From positions 37,339 through 101,338 of the forward strand of contig CACPHU010000002.1 in assembly GCA_902633855.1 (NCBI GenBank): a stretch of DNA of 64,000 bases, given 5' to 3'. Within the stretch, counting starts at the first letter, position 1. Each line of letters begins with the position of its first letter. The translations under genes were made by a program, and so were the position numbers. Under the pieces are notes generated by a model. The model was given only the letters and a program-made list of their open reading frames with translations. It did not search any database and was not told where the DNA came from. The stretch is from an uncultured OCS116 cluster bacterium (GTDB lineage: Bacteria; Pseudomonadota; Alphaproteobacteria; Rhizobiales; TMED25). Below, piece by piece: positions 60,867 to 64,000 of this stretch.

Positions 60867-61688
60867 TTACACACGCACACTATTTATAACTTCTAATATC
60901 TGAGCATGAACTGACTCATTACAACTTGCAATGATGTTTCCATCTGTGTACACACTCTCCCCATCCCAGTTTGATATGCTACCTCCAGCACCTATTATTA
61001 TAGGTACAATCGGAACTATATCATAAGGTTTAAGATTATTCTCAATTATCAAATCAAGATAGCCGGATGATAAAAGGGTATAAAAAAAACAATCCCCACC
61101 TGTTCTTGTAAGTCCAACTGACCCATTGACTTTGTCTAGTACTTTTCTCGATCTCTCATCATCAAACATCTCATCCGTTGTGTAACCAAACTTTAAGTTT
61201 TTTAACTTTTTTTCATTAGAAGTTATCACATCCTCAGACACGCCGTCCTTGATACGTATTGCTTTTTTTAGAGCATGTGATCCAAGATATCGTTCATTCA
61301 TACATGGAATATCAATGATCCCTAATTCAGGAACATTATTGACTTCAAGGCCAATCAGTGTCCCCCAAAGAGGAACTCCAGATACAAATGATTTGGTGCC
61401 ATCTATGGGATCTATGAACCATCGGTAATTTGGATTACCATCAATTGTATCAAATTCTTCACCGATAATTGTATGTTTAGGATACTTATTCAATATTAGT
61501 TCACGAATAACTTCCTCTGCTTTTTGATCAGCTATTGTCACTGGATCTAATTTATTTGTATGTGAATTTTTATTATCTACGTGAACTTTTTGCCTAAAAT
61601 GAGACAGAGTTATCTTTGCGGCAGCATCAGCGAGTGATTGTAAAAAATCAAAATATTCTAAAACTTCGTTTTGTTCCATTTTATGCAT
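60867..61688 (-). CDS. hisN: Inositol monophosphatase family protein, HisN-like histidinol-phosphatase candidate
   Basis: 273 aa with intact motifs PVTIADQ, IIGEE, WFIDPIDGTKSFVSGVPLWGTLIGL and YDIVPIVPIIIGAGG. The DPIDGTKSF...WGTLI pattern fits the HisN subfamily. The start could be M1 (61688) or M4 (61679). Confidence 0.72.
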   Translation of the reverse strand: MHKMEQNEVLEYFDFLQSLADAAAKITLSHFRQKVHVDNKNSHTNKLDPVTIADQKAEEVIRELILNKYPKHTIIGEEFDTIDGNPNYRWFIDPIDGTKSFVSGVPLWGTLIGLEVNNVPELGIIDIPCMNERYLGSHALKKAIRIKDGVSEDVITSNEKKLKNLKFGYTTDEMFDDERSRKVLDKVNGSVGLTRTGGDCFFYTLLSSGYLDLIIENNLKPYDIVPIVPIIIGAGGSISNWDGESVYTDGNIIASCNESVHAQILEVINSVRV

Positions 61689-61695
61689 TTCATAA

Positions 61696-61770
<75 letters not shown>

Positions 61771-61915
61771 TAAATTTTTATTCTAAGACCCTTTGTGAAT
61801 TGGTACAAGATATTCTTCTAAATTTCAATACTGAAAGTTTCTCGATAGCATCATTAAGTCTTGCTTAAGATGTTTTATATAATTTATTGTAAGTACGATT
61901 AATTTGAGAGAGTTT

Positions 61916-62332
61916 ATGGTATCTGGCGGTAAAAGAATAGGCTCAGGTAGAAAAGAAAAATACTCCCAGCAGGAGAAGTTAATCATTCTTGACATATGCC
62001 AAAAAGTTTGGGAGTCAAAAAACATAGATACAGATCATGTTGTAATTCACTTTAATCGAGAAATAGACAATGTAAGTTTCACCGAAATTTGGGATGCTGC
62101 CGTTGTAGGGCCAGATATTATAGAATTCGCAGCAATTGAAGAGCCAAAAACATCAATGAAAAAAATCATTGAGATGGAAATACAACCATGCTTGCAAAAT
62201 AACTTATTTGAAAAACCAAAAAGTCGTGATCAATGTATCAAATTAGCTCAAATCATCATATCTAAAATTTATCCAGAACGCTTTCATCGAGCAAATACAA
62301 TTGACAAAATATGGAAAACAAGAAATCAATAA
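61916..62332 (+). CDS. Hypothetical protein (orphan), basic Gly-rich N-terminus
   Basis: 138 aa from ATG 61916 (the track uses TTG 61904). Begins MVSGGKRIGSGRKEKYSQQEK.... I recognise no family. Coding status rests only on ORF length and its fit into the intergenic space. Confidence 0.5.
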   Translation: MVSGGKRIGSGRKEKYSQQEKLIILDICQKVWESKNIDTDHVVIHFNREIDNVSFTEIWDAAVVGPDIIEFAAIEEPKTSMKKIIEMEIQPCLQNNLFEKPKSRDQCIKLAQIIISKIYPERFHRANTIDKIWKTRNQ

Positions 62333-62367
62333 ATGACTGTTTTATATATATTTCTTTGAAAAACGTC

Positions 62368-63255
62368 TCATTTTACAGTGTTCTCTAATTTACCAATCTT
62401 ATCAATCATAACTTCTACATGATCGCCTGTCTTGAGGTAAATTGGCGGTTCAAAACCTATACCAACACCGGCAGGCGTACCGGTGGCAATAACATCACAA
62501 ATCTCCAATGTCATGGTTTTCGATATTGTTGATATTAAGGTTGGAATATCAAATATTAACCTTTCAACAATTGAGTCTTGCCTTATATCTCCATTAACTT
62601 TTGTCATCAATTTTAATTTTGTGACATCACTAATTTCGTCTGATGTTACTATTGCCGGGCCCATGGGACAATATGTGTCAGGACTCTTCCCGATAAACCA
62701 TTGCTCATGTTGTTTTTGTATATTTCTGGCAGAGACATCATTGATAATTGTATATCCGTATATATAATCGTATGCATCCTCAGCTCTAATATTTTTTCCA
62801 CCTTTTGATAATACGATGCCCAGCTCTCCCTCATAGTCTGTTGTATTTGTGTAATCATTTGCGAGGATTATTTCATCTCCAGTAGCAATTACCGATGTCG
62901 TTGCTTTTGTGAATATTACTGGAAAATCAGCAACAGCTTTTTTCCCACTAGAGTCAAAGCCAGATCCATAGAATTCTTTTGCGTGATCGTGATAATTCTT
63001 ACCTACACACATAATATTTCTAAGTGGACGTGGTATTGGTGCTAAGAGATCGATCTCGGACATTGAGAGGGTTTTTGGTTTTGAATCAAGTAATTTGTTG
63101 ATTTTAGTCAATCCATCACTACCCAATTTCACAATTTCATTCATATCTCTTGGAAAGCCATTATTAGATAGTGAAACGACTTCGGAGTCGTTATTAATCA
63201 AAACGCCAACATGCATATCGCTATCTTCTCTATTCTTATATGTTATTAAACGCAT
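62368..63255 (-). CDS. Fumarylacetoacetate hydrolase family protein
   Basis: 295 aa FAH-fold C-terminal domain (GKNYHDHAKE, DYEGELGIVL, FDIPTLISTIS, GDVIATGTPAGVG). Confidence 0.88.
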   Translation of the reverse strand: MRLITYKNREDSDMHVGVLINNDSEVVSLSNNGFPRDMNEIVKLGSDGLTKINKLLDSKPKTLSMSEIDLLAPIPRPLRNIMCVGKNYHDHAKEFYGSGFDSSGKKAVADFPVIFTKATTSVIATGDEIILANDYTNTTDYEGELGIVLSKGGKNIRAEDAYDYIYGYTIINDVSARNIQKQHEQWFIGKSPDTYCPMGPAIVTSDEISDVTKLKLMTKVNGDIRQDSIVERLIFDIPTLISTISKTMTLEICDVIATGTPAGVGIGFEPPIYLKTGDHVEVMIDKIGKLENTVK

Positions 63256-63320
63256 TTTTCTCCTATTTTAAAATTTAAAAAAATTTGAATTATTTGAATA
63301 TATTACGACTGGGTTAAAGA

Positions 63321-64000
63321 TTAAATTGTTATTCCTAAAATATTTATTAAATAAATTGACGCGATGCTTAATACCCCGATACTCACAGCTGTGATTAGCC
63401 CAACATAGAGTGGCTTTAAACCAAGGCTTCTGAGTAAGGATATATTTGTACTTAAACCGACGGCTGCCATCGCAATTGCGAGCAGATATTCAGCTGAAGT
63501 TTTAATTAAATCTATTATTTCCTCCCACACTGATATTTCAAAAAGCATAAAGGCATAATTCGTATTTTCAATCCCATAGTCACCAATTGTTCTCAGAATC
63601 CCCATCCCAATAAATCCAAATATAAAGAAAGGAAATATATTTAAAATTGATGTTTTGTTAGCTTGTGATTTATCTTTTTGGTTTCTGTAATATATATAGC
63701 TTACAACTGGTATAACGATTACCATACATGTATTTCTCACAAGTTTTGTTACAGTTGCGATATCCAGCGTTTTGGGTGAATCAAATTGAGTCGAATAAAT
63801 TAACCCAGATCCTGCAACTTGCGCCGTTTCGTGAATAGATGTTCCTAAAAATAGCCCAATAAATAATTCATCTCCGTCAAATATAAAATGAGCTAAAAAA
63901 GGATAGGATAGCATTGCAATAATCCCAAAGACGGTTATTACACCTATTGCATAGGTTACCTCTTCTTTTTTTGCATCAATTGCTGGCGCTGTAGCAACTA
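63321..64000 (-). CDS. YeiH/UPF0324 family membrane protein, C-terminal part (gene continues past the right edge)
   Basis: The reading frame stays open upstream of the track's Met at 63914 (...VATAPAIDAKKEEVTYAIGVITVFGIIAMLSYPF...), so the real start lies beyond 64000. Multi-TM protein whose pattern fits the YeiH family. Confidence 0.65.
   Translation of the reverse strand, partial: VATAPAIDAKKEEVTYAIGVITVFGIIAMLSYPFLAHFIFDGDELFIGLFLGTSIHETAQVAGSGLIYSTQFDSPKTLDIATVTKLVRNTCMVIVIPVVSYIYYRNQKDKSQANKTSILNIFPFFIFGFIGMGILRTIGDYGIENTNYAFMLFEISVWEEIIDLIKTSAEYLLAIAMAAVGLSTNISLLRSLGLKPLYVGLITAVSIGVLSIASIYLINILGITI

Noticed and set aside
61771-61903. tRNA-Val as an integration hotspot, with the neighbouring orphan gene as the remnant of a genomic island.
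   Set aside because: There is no integrase and no direct repeat of the tRNA 3' end. The orphan lies on the 5' side of the tRNA, whereas integrative elements normally insert at the 3' end. A one-gene 'island' cannot be supported.

Overview
This is a visibly AT-rich, very gene-dense stretch of core chromosome from a streamlined alphaproteobacterium, with short spacers and many 1-25 nt gene overlaps. The lineage call rests on several markers:
- a ctrA-chpT-DUF1134 locus and a DUF1013 gene
- split PntAA/PntAB/PntB transhydrogenase
- ruvCAB-tolQRAB-pal-tilS-ftsH synteny
- alphaproteobacterial-type SerC, L31, L36 and S21

I can support about 68 protein genes and these other features:
- one tRNA (Val-GAC)
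- a probable 6S RNA in the conserved zapA-ssrS-5FCL position
- a ROSE-like RNA thermometer ahead of hsp20
- a hairpin leader ahead of serC
- one strong bidirectional terminator
- two short genes missing from the ORF track: rpmJ/L36 at 50499..50624 and a 36-aa membrane peptide just ahead of pntAA at 46031..46141

Gene content is housekeeping:
- purine and serine biosynthesis (purA, purEK, serCA)
- glmM, ftsH, tilS
- Tol-Pal and RuvABC
- the tkt-gap-pgk-fba glycolytic block
- efp, ribosomal proteins, pntAB, gltBD, peptidases

I saw no transposase, integrase, phage structural gene, CRISPR array or recognisable defence island.

The most unusual element is an orphan MotA/MotB-type channel pair (35089..37554). 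Its peptidoglycan-binding subunit carries a roughly 300-residue coiled coil, and the pair sits outside any flagellar, Tol or Ton context.

Other items worth a second look:
- an IMPase/SuhB homologue with every alignable metal ligand replaced
- hisN starting 7 nt after the CCA end of tRNA-Val
- perfect CtrA-box motifs upstream of tolQ and of an orphan gene
- operator-like palindromes in the yajQ-ctrA spacer

All functional calls come from reading the translations and motifs by eye. No database search was run.
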